A DNA stretch of 64,000 nucleotides, from the NCBI GenBank assembly GCA_963827155.1, contig CAWGZV010000002.1, positions 2,689,592 through 2,753,591 of the forward strand. Reading direction: 5' to 3'. Positions 35,347 to 45,090 of this stretch are shown piece by piece. This stretch comes from an uncultured Chloroflexia bacterium. Its GTDB lineage: Bacteria > Chloroflexota > Anaerolineae > Anaerolineales > UBA4823. Below the pieces are notes generated by a model. That model ran no database searches, was not told the DNA's origin, and worked only from the letters and a program-made list of their open reading frames with translations. A program made the position numbers and the translations under genes. How positions within the stretch are numbered: the first letter of the stretch is position 1; each line of letters opens with the position of its first letter.

Positions 35347-36079
35347 TTAAGTTCGGATTCCCAACTTCCCCCTCCAAACGGCTGTCCATTCAGGGAGCGC
35401 ACGATCCAGGCGCTTCTTCTTTAAATTCTCTTTCATCACCCAACGAACGTCCTGATCATCGGAATTAAGCCATTTCTCGAGATAACCCACGCCATCATCC
35501 GGTGAAGCCGCAACGACCACGCTCCAGGCGTAACCCAGCGCCTGCCGGAGAACACGAAAGTTTGGATCGGAGCGGTCTGGTGCGGTCAAGAACGAAGTGG
35601 TAACCGAATCAAAAGAGGACAAGGATCTTGCGGACATGCTCTGGATCTTTAAGCAAATCTGGCTCAGCAAGACCTGCAACGGCTCCGCGCTTCTCCAACC
35701 AGCTCCCGGCGATCCAATCCTCCGAAATCTCCAACAGCCTGTCCATATCTTGCCGCCCCACACACTGGAGCGCCATGGCGACCGCTTCGCGGGTTCGCCA
35801 GCGAGGGTCTGAGGCGTATCTCCGGATTATCGGGATATTCGAAGAATCCCCCTCAGCTGCCAGTCGACCCAGACCCAACACGCCACAAAAGCAGACAAAT
35901 TCAGCCGGATGATTTACCGGAGCGATAAGCGGGTCATAACGCAGGCAGCTTTGGAAGAATGCCGGCGTACCGAGCTCAGCCACGGCGAATGCCAACTCGA
36001 GGTTGCCGCGCGGTCCAGGCAAGCCAGAATGCGAGAGCAGAAAATCTTCCCACCCTTCAATTGGCATTCCGGCAAGCAC
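35347..36079 (-). pseudogene. HEAT-repeat DNA alkylation repair (AlkD-like) protein with one frameshift
   Basis: ORF 35609-36079 ends ..DPEHVRKILVLF*. ORF 35347-35763 continues ..FDSVTTSFLTAPDRSDPNFRVLRQALGYAW..DVRWVMKENLKKKRL. The junction is at the A4 run 35611-35614 (T4 on the coding strand). Confidence 0.55.
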
Positions 36080-36092
36080 ATGCTGGTAGGAC

Positions 36093-36905
36093 TCAACTCT
36101 GGATATTGGGCGAACCCTCCGTACCCTGACGGGGATCTTCGATGTACAGGCTCACAGGGCAGTGGTCAGAGCCCTGGATATCGTCATGGATAACGACATC
36201 CTTGACATGCTCTAAGAGGTCTTTAGAAATGAGGAAGTAATCCAAGCGCCAACCAATATTGCGGCGGCGGGCATTTAAACGGTAGGTCCACCAGGTATAC
36301 TGCACTCGATCTGGATAAAGGGAGCGATATGGATCAACGAAGTCGTGTTCGAGATAGCGATCAATCCACTGGCGCTCTTCAGGCAGAAAACCGGATGTGC
36401 CTTCATTTGCCTTTGGGTTCTTCAGATCGATCTCGCGATGGGCAGTATTGAAATCGCCGCATAGAATAACCCGCTCGCCCCTGGCATGAAGCGTATCGCA
36501 GATTTCGAGCAGGTGGGAGTAGAAATCCAGCTTGAACGGCACGCGGCTGAGGTCGTGCGCACCGTTAGGAAAGTAAATCCCAAAAAGCAGAAAACCCGGA
36601 AAGCGATGCCAGATCGCCCTGCCTTCAGCGTCATAGATGGGGGCGTCGAGGCCGATATGGGCCTCCTGATGAGGACGGCGTGCGAGAACTGCTACACCGC
36701 TGTAGCCCGCCCGCCCGGCAGGGTGCCAGGTGAGTGAAGGAAAGAGCGCTTCCAGGCGCTTCATCGCATCTTCCGGGATTTGACCAGGCTGCGAGCGCAC
36801 CTCCTGCAGGCAGAGCGCATCGGGAGGGTCGTTTTCCAGCCACTCCAGGATGCCTTTGGTCAATGCGGCGCGGAGTCCGTTCACATTCCAGGTGGTGATC
36901 CTCAA
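36093..36905 (-). CDS. xth: Exodeoxyribonuclease III
   Basis: The TTG at 36905, 1 nt after the mprF stop, gives LRITTWNVNGLRAAL... Also CLQEV, GDFNTAHREIDL and SDHCPV, typical of Xth/EEP nucleases. The track start 37028 overlaps mprF. Confidence 0.8.
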   Translation of the reverse strand: MRITTWNVNGLRAALTKGILEWLENDPPDALCLQEVRSQPGQIPEDAMKRLEALFPSLTWHPAGRAGYSGVAVLARRPHQEAHIGLDAPIYDAEGRAIWHRFPGFLLFGIYFPNGAHDLSRVPFKLDFYSHLLEICDTLHARGERVILCGDFNTAHREIDLKNPKANEGTSGFLPEERQWIDRYLEHDFVDPYRSLYPDRVQYTWWTYRLNARRRNIGWRLDYFLISKDLLEHVKDVVIHDDIQGSDHCPVSLYIEDPRQGTEGSPNIQS

Positions 36906-36906
36906 C

Positions 36907-39606
36907 TCAGCTGACTCCTTCGCGGGAAGGAGATTTCCGTTTTCGCCGCAACAACTCCAGTGGGAACTCGTTCGTGCCAGAATTCGCCTGCACAACGGAC
37001 ATCCAGACTGACGGGAGATCGACTGCATCAGGATAAATCAAATAGCGAGGCGACCAAACTGGATGAAATTTCTGCTTGAATTCATGCAGCCCTTTAAAGT
37101 TATAGAACTGGTTGATGTGCTCAAAAGTGTAATGCATCACCCGCTCGAGGGCAGGATCTTCCGGATGCTCCCCTACCCCAGATAGCGAGCTCAGCCCAAG
37201 GTTGAAAGAATCATATCCCTGCTGGCGCGCCCATTCGATCAAAGAGACAAAGAGGAAGTCCATTGTCCCCGACTCGACCTCGCGGCGGCGGCGCATGAGG
37301 TCGATAGCGACCTCATTGCGCTGGTATTCCGGGAGGATGTTTACAAAAGCGGTGATCCAACCTTTCGGAGCCAGCACAACTGCCAGTGGCGTGCTGCGGA
37401 GATAATCTGGGTCAAACCAACCCAGTGAAAAACGTTTTTCCGAACCATGCATCATCGTCAGCCATTCATCGCTGATCTCGCTCAGCTCACGCATCACGGC
37501 ATCTGAAACCGGCGCAGGGTAGACTTGAAAAGTGCAGCCTATCTTCTGAATATGATGGAAGGCATTGCGGGTAGATTTGTTCTCCACTCCTTCAAGAGAA
37601 TAGCTGTGAACATCGACAATCGCGTCTTGACCGATGCAGATTGACCGGAAACCCTGGGCAGTGTAGCTCGCAAGGGTATCTGGAAGGGTCTGGTAAAAAA
37701 CGGGGGTCCAGTCGTTTTGTATGCAAATATTTCTAAAGGAGGCGATCGAGCCGGCCAGATCGTCCGATGGACCAATTGGGTCTCCCAGCGCGACAGCAGT
37801 TCGACCTTTGACCGTATAAGCGATGTAAGATCCGCCTGGGCTGAAAAATACGGCCTTATCTTCCAGCAATGTAAGCCGTGCCATCGCGCTGCGCCCAAAC
37901 TGCTCCACAATCTGGGCGGCACGCTGGCGCTGCTCAGGCGTCGCCGGGTCCCGAACCAAGACCGGGCGCAACAGCATCCAGAAGGCATAACCAAAGGTCA
38001 CAAAAGCCACAATATAGATCGAAACGGCAAAGTAACGCCCAAAACCCGTAATCGGCTCTAAACCAGGATCGTAGAATTGGGTAAACATCACCACTGTCTG
38101 GCGGAGGGCATTCAAGAAGTCAAAATTGACTGTGTAATGGCGATCGAGCAGGTAAAAACCCAGCACACCGTAACCCAGGGTGAAGAAGAACGCGGCTGCC
38201 AGAGCTCGCAAACCCTGCTGGACAGATGGCCGGTCAGAGCGGGCATGGAAATGGTCGCGGAGCGCAACCAGCCAGATGGTTAACCCGAGCGCCATCAGGG
38301 TCTCTTCATAATCAATTCCCTTGATCAAATGGCTGGCGGCTGAGACCAGCAGCACCACAAGCGTACCAATCCAGGCGACGCGTTTCCGACGCCACAGCCC
38401 TTGGGCTAACACGATCAGGGCAAAGCCTGCCAGCACTGCGGTCAGACGCCCACCATGGCGCACGCCTAGAGGAGAATATACCTGCAAGAGTGCGATACGG
38501 TCTCGCATCGACGGCGCCAGCGCCGATAAGACATTTACCGCGCCCATCAGCGCGGTCAGGATGGCAATCAGGCGCACAAACCAGGACTCCGAGATCGAGC
38601 GTTCCTCTGCACCGAAGGTGCGCACTCGCCTTAAGATCACAAAGCCAATCGAGAGTGGAAGCCAGAAGGTAAGGCCGCGGAAGGCGAGTGAAACCGTGGT
38701 CGCGACAGCCGAGGGGACGCTCAGGGAGGCGAACACGATTGGCATCACACCTTCGACGACACCGATGCCCTGGGGGATAGGCGAGACGATCCAGAAAAGA
38801 ATGCCCATCGCATACCCGGCGACCAGCACACCCAGGCTAACCGGGTTGTGGAATGCCAGGAAAAGCGCGAACAGGCTGGCAAGGTCGACAATATGACCAA
38901 TGAAAATGAGGCCCAACATGCGGAGCAGTCGAGTCGGATAGCGGGCGATCGCGTTAGAAGCATCGATAAACTCCGCGGCGTTTGTCTCCGCCCAACCCCG
39001 CATTAAGAAAGGCTGCCTTCTCCAGCGAGCAGCGAAGCTGTCCGAGGTTCGCTGCATCCAGGATAGAATCTTATTGATCCTATCCGGCTGCCACAAACCA
39101 ATCCCCAATATCCCGGTTACAGTACCCGTCATCACGAGCAGCATCAGAGCTCCAATAACCTGGTAACTTTGAAGGTTGTTTTGGAGAAATAGGTAGGCCA
39201 TCCCTAAAAAACACACCACGCTGAAGGTCGCCAATTCCCCGATCATATGCAGCAGGACCCCGGCCGCAGCGCGCGCCGGGGATTGGCCGCGCCGGGCAGC
39301 GTCATCCGCCCACAATGCCATCCCAGAGACATTGGCCGAGGGGGCGGCAACATTGATGAAGATCGAAGCGAAGGTAACCGGCATCAACTCCGCTACCCTG
39401 CTCTTGACCTCCACGGTCCAGAAGGCGGCCTGGTAAGCTGCAGTGACTACAAGATAGTAAACGACCTGGAGAGCAGCGGCGATCAGCACCCATTCCCACT
39501 GCCCGCTGGCGAGGGTTTGGGCCAGGTTTTCTATCTCAGTCAGGCGCGTGAATACAAATATCAGGAAAACGACAACCAATAGCCAGAAGATCCAGCGGCG
39601 CTTCAT
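36907..39606 (-). CDS. mprF: Bifunctional lysyl-phosphatidylglycerol flippase/synthetase (MprF)
   Basis: 899 aa. N-terminal polytopic flippase region, then a C-terminal DUF2156 synthase domain (SEKRFSLGWFDPDYL, FVNILPEYQRNEVAIDLMRR, GYDSFNLGLSSLSGVG). Confidence 0.85.
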   Translation of the reverse strand: MKRRWIFWLLVVVFLIFVFTRLTEIENLAQTLASGQWEWVLIAAALQVVYYLVVTAAYQAAFWTVEVKSRVAELMPVTFASIFINVAAPSANVSGMALWADDAARRGQSPARAAAGVLLHMIGELATFSVVCFLGMAYLFLQNNLQSYQVIGALMLLVMTGTVTGILGIGLWQPDRINKILSWMQRTSDSFAARWRRQPFLMRGWAETNAAEFIDASNAIARYPTRLLRMLGLIFIGHIVDLASLFALFLAFHNPVSLGVLVAGYAMGILFWIVSPIPQGIGVVEGVMPIVFASLSVPSAVATTVSLAFRGLTFWLPLSIGFVILRRVRTFGAEERSISESWFVRLIAILTALMGAVNVLSALAPSMRDRIALLQVYSPLGVRHGGRLTAVLAGFALIVLAQGLWRRKRVAWIGTLVVLLVSAASHLIKGIDYEETLMALGLTIWLVALRDHFHARSDRPSVQQGLRALAAAFFFTLGYGVLGFYLLDRHYTVNFDFLNALRQTVVMFTQFYDPGLEPITGFGRYFAVSIYIVAFVTFGYAFWMLLRPVLVRDPATPEQRQRAAQIVEQFGRSAMARLTLLEDKAVFFSPGGSYIAYTVKGRTAVALGDPIGPSDDLAGSIASFRNICIQNDWTPVFYQTLPDTLASYTAQGFRSICIGQDAIVDVHSYSLEGVENKSTRNAFHHIQKIGCTFQVYPAPVSDAVMRELSEISDEWLTMMHGSEKRFSLGWFDPDYLRSTPLAVVLAPKGWITAFVNILPEYQRNEVAIDLMRRRREVESGTMDFLFVSLIEWARQQGYDSFNLGLSSLSGVGEHPEDPALERVMHYTFEHINQFYNFKGLHEFKQKFHPVWSPRYLIYPDAVDLPSVWMSVVQANSGTNEFPLELLRRKRKSPSREGVS

Positions 39607-40155
39607 TTCACGCCTCTAAGGGGATTACCGAAATCTTGGATTTCGCAGCCATATGCAGAAATACAGCAACAACCTTTAACTGAAGCACTGCCCCGTACAT
39701 GCACAAACTTCCCCCTAGAGAGAACCGCTCTGCTTTTGGGCATGGTGGTGAGGCTCAAATATCTTGCTTGATGATGGCGTGATAAGTGTGGCAAGAATGC
39801 CCAATTGTACACCGGATCACCCATGATATTCGCACCCTCGCGGACCCATGAGGTGATCACATTGGATACTACCGTGAAACGCAAAGCACCCAAAACCCAA
39901 ACGTTGAAGATGAACTGACCAAGTATTAACCGGAGGTCGCTGCGGAGGTCGCCAGTAGGTCGCCATCGAGATTGGAGCAGGAGTCTCTGCTGAGACCCCC
40001 ACGGAGTTTGCCGCGCCGATCACATGTTCTTCCCAGCTATTATTGAATGAAATCTGCGATGCACCATCCATGGTTCAACCTGAGAAATCTCTACAATATC
40101 ATCCGGCACGCATAAGCGATGTTTTAACCACATAAGTTGCTTTCCACCCATTTAT

Positions 40156-40944
40156 TCATTTTAAGTCAGCCAACTGTGCAACCACGACCAGGTTGCCGCT
40201 GGAGCGCGGATCGAAGCGCCCACCAGCCATCCCACCATAGAGCTGGATGTCGCCGAACCCGGCGGCTTGGAGCTCTGCGGACAGCTCAAGGGCTCGCTGC
40301 GGATAGAGGCGGGTGCTGTGTGCTTTCTGCTCCCATTGGCCTTGAGTAAGGCGCTTAAGGGTAAGCATATTGAACGTGATCAACCCATCCGGATCGAAAT
40401 CGTAAAAACGGAGGAAGAGCCAATCTCCCTGGGTTGAGGAGTACAATTCGGGACCCATCCAGCGGGCATGCTGATCCAAAACGAGGTCAAAATTGCGGTT
40501 TTGAATTAATAGCCGCCCACCCGGACGCAAACAGGCAGCGAAATCAGCCAAGGCGCGAGAGAGGTCCTTTGCCGTCAGCAAATGAGGGAGTGAATTCCCC
40601 AGGCACAACAAAACATCAAAATCCGAATAGGAAGATGAAAGCTCGCCAAAACCAGCAACCCGGAAATCCACCTGAACCTGGGCTTCCTGGGCATTCTTCA
40701 CAGCCTGTGCGATCATCCCGGCGCTCAGGTCTGCTCCCGAGACAAAATTGCCGCGCCGGGCAAGCTCGATAGCATGCATCCCCGTCCCGCAGGCGGCATC
40801 GAGCACTCGAGGAGGACGATCCCGGCCGATTTGCTGGTCAACTCGGACGGCGTTAATCTGCGCCTCAATGAAGGGCATTTCCAGCCCTAGACGCCCTGGC
40901 CAGTTTACAAAACGATCGTAGTCTCCACTGATCAATTCATACAT
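40156..40944 (-). CDS. Class I SAM-dependent methyltransferase
   Basis: VLDAACGTGMHAIELARRG (motif I) and LRPGGRLLIQN. It overlaps the desaturase stop by 8 nt. Confidence 0.75.
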   Translation of the reverse strand: MYELISGDYDRFVNWPGRLGLEMPFIEAQINAVRVDQQIGRDRPPRVLDAACGTGMHAIELARRGNFVSGADLSAGMIAQAVKNAQEAQVQVDFRVAGFGELSSSYSDFDVLLCLGNSLPHLLTAKDLSRALADFAACLRPGGRLLIQNRNFDLVLDQHARWMGPELYSSTQGDWLFLRFYDFDPDGLITFNMLTLKRLTQGQWEQKAHSTRLYPQRALELSAELQAAGFGDIQLYGGMAGGRFDPRSSGNLVVVAQLADLK

Positions 40945-41986
40945 TCGGATTGTCCGGAAGCGTTTTCAAGATCTCGAGACCCACCATGCGACCGGCTGCC
41001 TCATCCCAAAACCGCAGGCGGAGGGAACGCAGGCTGGTTTTGATCGTTAGAGGCTGGATGTGAAATACTTGATTATCGCGGTAGCATTTTGGGAGCAGGT
41101 AGTTAGGGATGCGAGAGTTCAAATGATGGATGTGGTGGAAGCCGATATTCCCACTGAACCACTGAAGCAAACCCGGAAGCTTGTAGAAAGAGGAGCCATA
41201 TAGTCCCGCTTCTGTAAAATCCCAACTGGGGTGGCGCTTCCAATAGGTACCTTCAAAGTTGTGCTGGACGTAAAAAAGCCAGACACCTACTGAAGTCCCA
41301 AAAAACAAGATCGGGACCTGGATAAGCAAATAAGCCTGCCATCCGATCGTATAGATCAGCAAAGCGATCAACCCTGCAAGGGCGAAGTTGGTCCAATACA
41401 CACTCCTGCGTTCGACAGGATCGCTTTTAGGGCGCGGGAATCGATGGAACACCGAAAAAACAAGGAAGGACCCAATCGTGAACATAATCCACGGACTGCG
41501 CAAGACGCGGTAAGCCAGACGCTTATACCCCGGCATCGCAAGGAACTCCTGGACGGTCAATATCTTCACATCGCCGACGCCGCGCCGATCCAGGTCTCCG
41601 GCGGTGGCATGATGAATCGCGTGGTCACGGCGCCAGTGATGGTAAGGCGTGAATGTCAGGAGCCCGGTGATTACTCCGACGATTTCATTTGCCCGGCGCG
41701 ATTTAAAAAACGAACCATGCCCACAGTCGTGGAAAATGATGAAAGTGCGCATCATGAAGCCTGCTGCCAGGACAGACAAAGCCAGAGTCAAAAAATACGA
41801 AATCCTCAGGCTGTAAACCATCGCCACCCAAAGTAGGAGATAGGGGATTATCGATGTGGCTAACTCCCATAAGCTTCGCCAGACATCCGGGTTTTGGTAG
41901 CGGGCAAGAATTTTACGCATCCCTTGTTTATCTGCAACTATTTGGTCGAGATTCGCGTCCATACCTCCTCCGATCAATAACCCCAT
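40937..41986 (-). CDS. Membrane fatty-acid desaturase (three His boxes)
   Basis: HDCGHGSF, HHWRRDHAIHH and HHIHHLNSRIPNY, with four hydrophobic segments. Confidence 0.8.
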   Translation of the reverse strand: MGLLIGGGMDANLDQIVADKQGMRKILARYQNPDVWRSLWELATSIIPYLLLWVAMVYSLRISYFLTLALSVLAAGFMMRTFIIFHDCGHGSFFKSRRANEIVGVITGLLTFTPYHHWRRDHAIHHATAGDLDRRGVGDVKILTVQEFLAMPGYKRLAYRVLRSPWIMFTIGSFLVFSVFHRFPRPKSDPVERRSVYWTNFALAGLIALLIYTIGWQAYLLIQVPILFFGTSVGVWLFYVQHNFEGTYWKRHPSWDFTEAGLYGSSFYKLPGLLQWFSGNIGFHHIHHLNSRIPNYLLPKCYRDNQVFHIQPLTIKTSLRSLRLRFWDEAAGRMVGLEILKTLPDNPNV

Positions 41987-42016
41987 TTTACATCGTTTTA
42001 ATCGACATCTGCCCTC

Positions 42017-43651
42017 CTAAACCTGCTCCTGAAATGCAAGGTAATCGCTGTAACCTCCGGGATAGTTGGAGAGGCTCCCGGACTCGATCACAAGCAGCCG
42101 ATCAACCACTCGATCTAGAAAATAGCGATCATGCGAGATCACCAGGACTGTGCCAACAAATTCCTCAAGAGCAGATTCGAGCACTTCACCGGAGGCGATA
42201 TCCAAATTATTGGTCGGCTCATCGAGGAGCAGAAAATTTGCGCCCGAGAGGACCAGGAGGGCGAGCTGGAGCCGGCTGCGCTCACCACCAGAAAGCTCCC
42301 CAATGCGCTGGGTGGCTTGCTGGTAGGTGAAAAGATAGCGGATCAGCAAAGAGACTGCAGCGGTTTCACTCAAACTGCCAGCATAGCGGACCGCATCGAT
42401 CAAGGTCTGGTTGAAATCCAGGGTCTCGTGCTCCTGGGCATAATAGCCCATTTTTACGCTGGGACCCAGGATGACCTCTCCATTATCAGGAGGCTCCTGC
42501 CCCAGGATCATGTGCATGAGGACGGATTTTCCAGAACCATTCGGACCTATTAAACCGACCCGCTCTCCATGACGGATCACCAGATCGGTTGATTCCAAGA
42601 TCCGGCGGTCACCGAACGCTTTACTCAACCCACGCAGCTCGAGCACCTTATTCGAGCCCCGCCAACCATTAAGCTGGAGGTCCATTCTGCGCCTTCCGGT
42701 CAATGGGCGGTCGATCTTTTCGGTCTCGAAGCGCTCAAGCTGGCTGCGCATGGCCTTCAGGCGGCTGGCGAATTTATCGCTGACGATCACCCATTGGGCG
42801 TAACGCTTGACTGCCTCCTCCATTCGCTGCCTTTTACGTTCCTGGATCGAATAGAGCTGTTCCTGGCGAGCGATACGCGCTTCTTTATCGATCATATACG
42901 CGGAATAATCACCGCTGAATGTCGTCAGGCTGCCAGCCTCGATCTCAGCGATGTGGGAGACAACCGCATCCAACAAATAGCGGTCGTGCGAGATAATCAC
43001 CACAGCACCGGAGTAATCACGGATCAGCTGCTCCAGGTAGCGCTTACCTGGCAGATCGAGGTGGTTATCTGGCTCATCCAGCAGCAAGATGGAAGGTTGA
43101 AGCAGTAGCAAGCGGGCAAGACCGACAAGCTTTTTCTGCCCTCCAGAGAGCAGGGCTAGTGGTTTGTCCAGGTCGGCGGAAGGCAATCCCAATCCAAGCA
43201 GCAGCTCACGCACTCGCCCAGGATAGCTCTCGCCTCCGATAGTTTCATATTCCTCCAATAAAATCTGCTGCCTTGCCAGGGCGCGTTCGAGCTTTTTCGA
43301 ATCAGCATAAACCTCAGGATCACCCAGGCTGGCCTCAATGATCTCAAGCTCATGAAGGATCACGAGGTAGCGCGGATTGCCATTCAGAGCCAGGTTGAAA
43401 GCGGTCTGGCTTGCTTCCAACTCAGGCTGCTGAGGCAAATAACCCAACGTGACGCCGCGGGCGCGAACCACTGTCCCCCCTGGCTCAGAAGCATATTCGC
43501 CTATGATCATCTTGAGCAATGAGGATTTCCCGGCACCATTCGGACCAATCAGACCAATCTTCTGGTCGTGCTGGATTTCCCAAGTCAGATCGTGAAAAAT
43601 CGGATGCGAACCGAGAATCAGGGTGATATTCGAAAGCTGTATGGAAATCAT
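42017..43651 (-). CDS. ABC-F family ATPase (two ABC cassettes, no TM domain)
   Basis: The ATG at 43651 gives MISIQLSNITLILG... Two Walker A sites ([18 protein letters not shown]) and two signatures (LSGGQKK, LSGGERS). A charged inter-domain linker is present. Confidence 0.85.
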   Translation of the reverse strand: MISIQLSNITLILGSHPIFHDLTWEIQHDQKIGLIGPNGAGKSSLLKMIIGEYASEPGGTVVRARGVTLGYLPQQPELEASQTAFNLALNGNPRYLVILHELEIIEASLGDPEVYADSKKLERALARQQILLEEYETIGGESYPGRVRELLLGLGLPSADLDKPLALLSGGQKKLVGLARLLLLQPSILLLDEPDNHLDLPGKRYLEQLIRDYSGAVVIISHDRYLLDAVVSHIAEIEAGSLTTFSGDYSAYMIDKEARIARQEQLYSIQERKRQRMEEAVKRYAQWVIVSDKFASRLKAMRSQLERFETEKIDRPLTGRRRMDLQLNGWRGSNKVLELRGLSKAFGDRRILESTDLVIRHGERVGLIGPNGSGKSVLMHMILGQEPPDNGEVILGPSVKMGYYAQEHETLDFNQTLIDAVRYAGSLSETAAVSLLIRYLFTYQQATQRIGELSGGERSRLQLALLVLSGANFLLLDEPTNNLDIASGEVLESALEEFVGTVLVISHDRYFLDRVVDRLLVIESGSLSNYPGGYSDYLAFQEQV

Positions 43652-43664
43652 TTTTAAGTACCTC

Positions 43665-43702
43665 GGATTAAAGAAAGACGCCGCAGGGGAGACCTGCGGC
43701 GT
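43665..43702 (-). terminator. Intrinsic terminator/attenuator-like hairpin in the ABC-F leader
   Basis: Minus strand: ACGCCGCAGG-TCTCC-CCTGCGGCGT, followed by CTTTCTTTAA. The stem ends 26 nt upstream of the ABC-F ATG, and the RBS GAGG lies between them. Confidence 0.6.
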
Positions 43703-44050
43703 AAGGATTTTCAAACCAAATTTCGACGGTCAATTCATCCGGCAGCAGGCGCGTTTCGAGGTCCCCTGACCAGATCGAAGCCGATCGAGCGAAATCCTAA
43801 TATCCGCTGGGCAAAAAAATCCATGTAAATCATTGCGGCGAGATTATAACACGCTCCAGTTATATCCGCAAAGCGGTCGAGCGCCAAGCCGGCAACCATT
43901 GTGATACGACAATCAAGCTTCATTTCTTTTCCACCATAGACACCGGCTTTACAAAATCGTTTTATCAGAGTAGAATTGTCGATTATTCGGTAGCACGCGG
44001 TAAAAATACGCGTTTGATCCATAAAAACTTAGAAATATGGAGACCTCCAC

Positions 44051-44326
44051 ATGAAGAAATTGACCTTAATTATTCTGCTCACTCTACTCCTTTCCATATT
44101 GGTGGTCAATCTCGCTTCGGCTGCGGCGGGAAATCCTGTTGGCGCTTGTAAACGAGGCTGGCAGATGATCACCCTGCCCGGAAATGTCAGCTCGGGCACG
44201 GACAAAAACGGCGACGGTTATGTTTGCACCTCAACACGGGGCGGCAAGTTAGCTTACATCGACAACTTCAACCTTACTCGAGCTTCGTGCGTTACAACCC
44301 GCTATAAGTTTACCAAGTTTAAATAG
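44051..44326 (+). CDS. Small secreted protein of unknown function
   Basis: 91 aa. Clear signal peptide MKKLTLIILLTLLLSILVVNLASA. RBS GGAGA upstream and a terminator downstream. Confidence 0.55.
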   Translation: MKKLTLIILLTLLLSILVVNLASAAAGNPVGACKRGWQMITLPGNVSSGTDKNGDGYVCTSTRGGKLAYIDNFNLTRASCVTTRYKFTKFK

Positions 44327-44345
44327 GTGATTGACACAAAGGCGG

Positions 44346-44390
44346 AAAAAGCTCTCGGATCTTTAGATCGCTCCGAGAGCTTTTCTTATT
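44346..44390 (+). terminator. Intrinsic terminator (probably bidirectional)
   Basis: AAAAGCTCTCGGA-N12-TCCGAGAGCTTTT followed by CTTATT. An A-run on the other side serves the convergent UDG-like gene. Confidence 0.75.
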
Positions 44391-44428
44391 AAAATCCCAA
44401 TCCTTACAAACTATGGATTATGTGAAGC

Positions 44429-45037
44429 TTATCCGACAAGCGCCAAAGCTTCATCAAGATCGCTAGCGATCATTCTGCGCTTAGATTTTTCAATGAAGAA
44501 GCTTGGTCCAGCCTGGAGATAAGATGGAAATGCACGTACGCCGCGAAAATTGAAGGTCTCGCCCCGCAGTTTGTATGTCGATCCAGCCGGGATGACCCTG
44601 GGCTCACCAGATCTGCGAGCGATGAAATTAAGCGCTTTAATCGCCACGTCTCCCATCAACAAGTAAGCCTTGAGGTTTGGGAAAAGCGCCAATTCAGTCT
44701 CGAGCAGACGGGAGCACTCTTCAATCGTTGAAGTTTTCACGCCGTACCCCACCTTTGCGCACTTCAAAGCACTGGTCAGGTAAACCCCCATGTCGAGGAT
44801 ATCCTGGAAGGTGCGCACCGGCGCTCCAGCATCCTGGAATGCGAGCAGGGTGGTTTGTTGAAAGAGGGGTTCCCCCGGCATGTAGTAATAATCCAGAGGA
44901 TTCTCGGAGGCGGCTTCAGAAATCAGGACGATCTTCACTCTGGATGGATCGAGCTCGATATGGGGAATGTTATATCCGGCATGATTTACGTCTTGGCATT
45001 GGAATCGCTCACAAAGGATGCAGTCTTGGATATTCAT
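44429..45037 (-). CDS. Uracil-DNA glycosylase superfamily protein (family uncertain)
   Basis: 202 aa. The layout VLISEAAS...TSALKC...LLMGDVAIKAL...FPSYL resembles UDG-fold proteins. The family assignment is from memory only. Confidence 0.45.
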   Translation of the reverse strand: MNIQDCILCERFQCQDVNHAGYNIPHIELDPSRVKIVLISEAASENPLDYYYMPGEPLFQQTTLLAFQDAGAPVRTFQDILDMGVYLTSALKCAKVGYGVKTSTIEECSRLLETELALFPNLKAYLLMGDVAIKALNFIARRSGEPRVIPAGSTYKLRGETFNFRGVRAFPSYLQAGPSFFIEKSKRRMIASDLDEALALVG

Positions 45038-45090
45038 GAAATTTCCTCCTAACCGTAGGCGTCAGAATCAATTCCAGCTCTGATCCACGA

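Noticed and set aside
39987-40130. The peptide ..KQLMWLKHRLCVPDD.. resembles the RLCVP motif of Ty3/gypsy integrase N-termini
   Set aside because: The similarity is a single short motif inside a 43-codon fragment with no flanking integrase or RT features, in a bacterial context. I treat it as coincidence.
43735-44022. 95-aa minus-strand ORF upstream of the ABC-F gene
   Set aside because: It has no domain I recognise and no clear RBS. I kept it only as an alternative explanation for the downstream hairpin (as its terminator).
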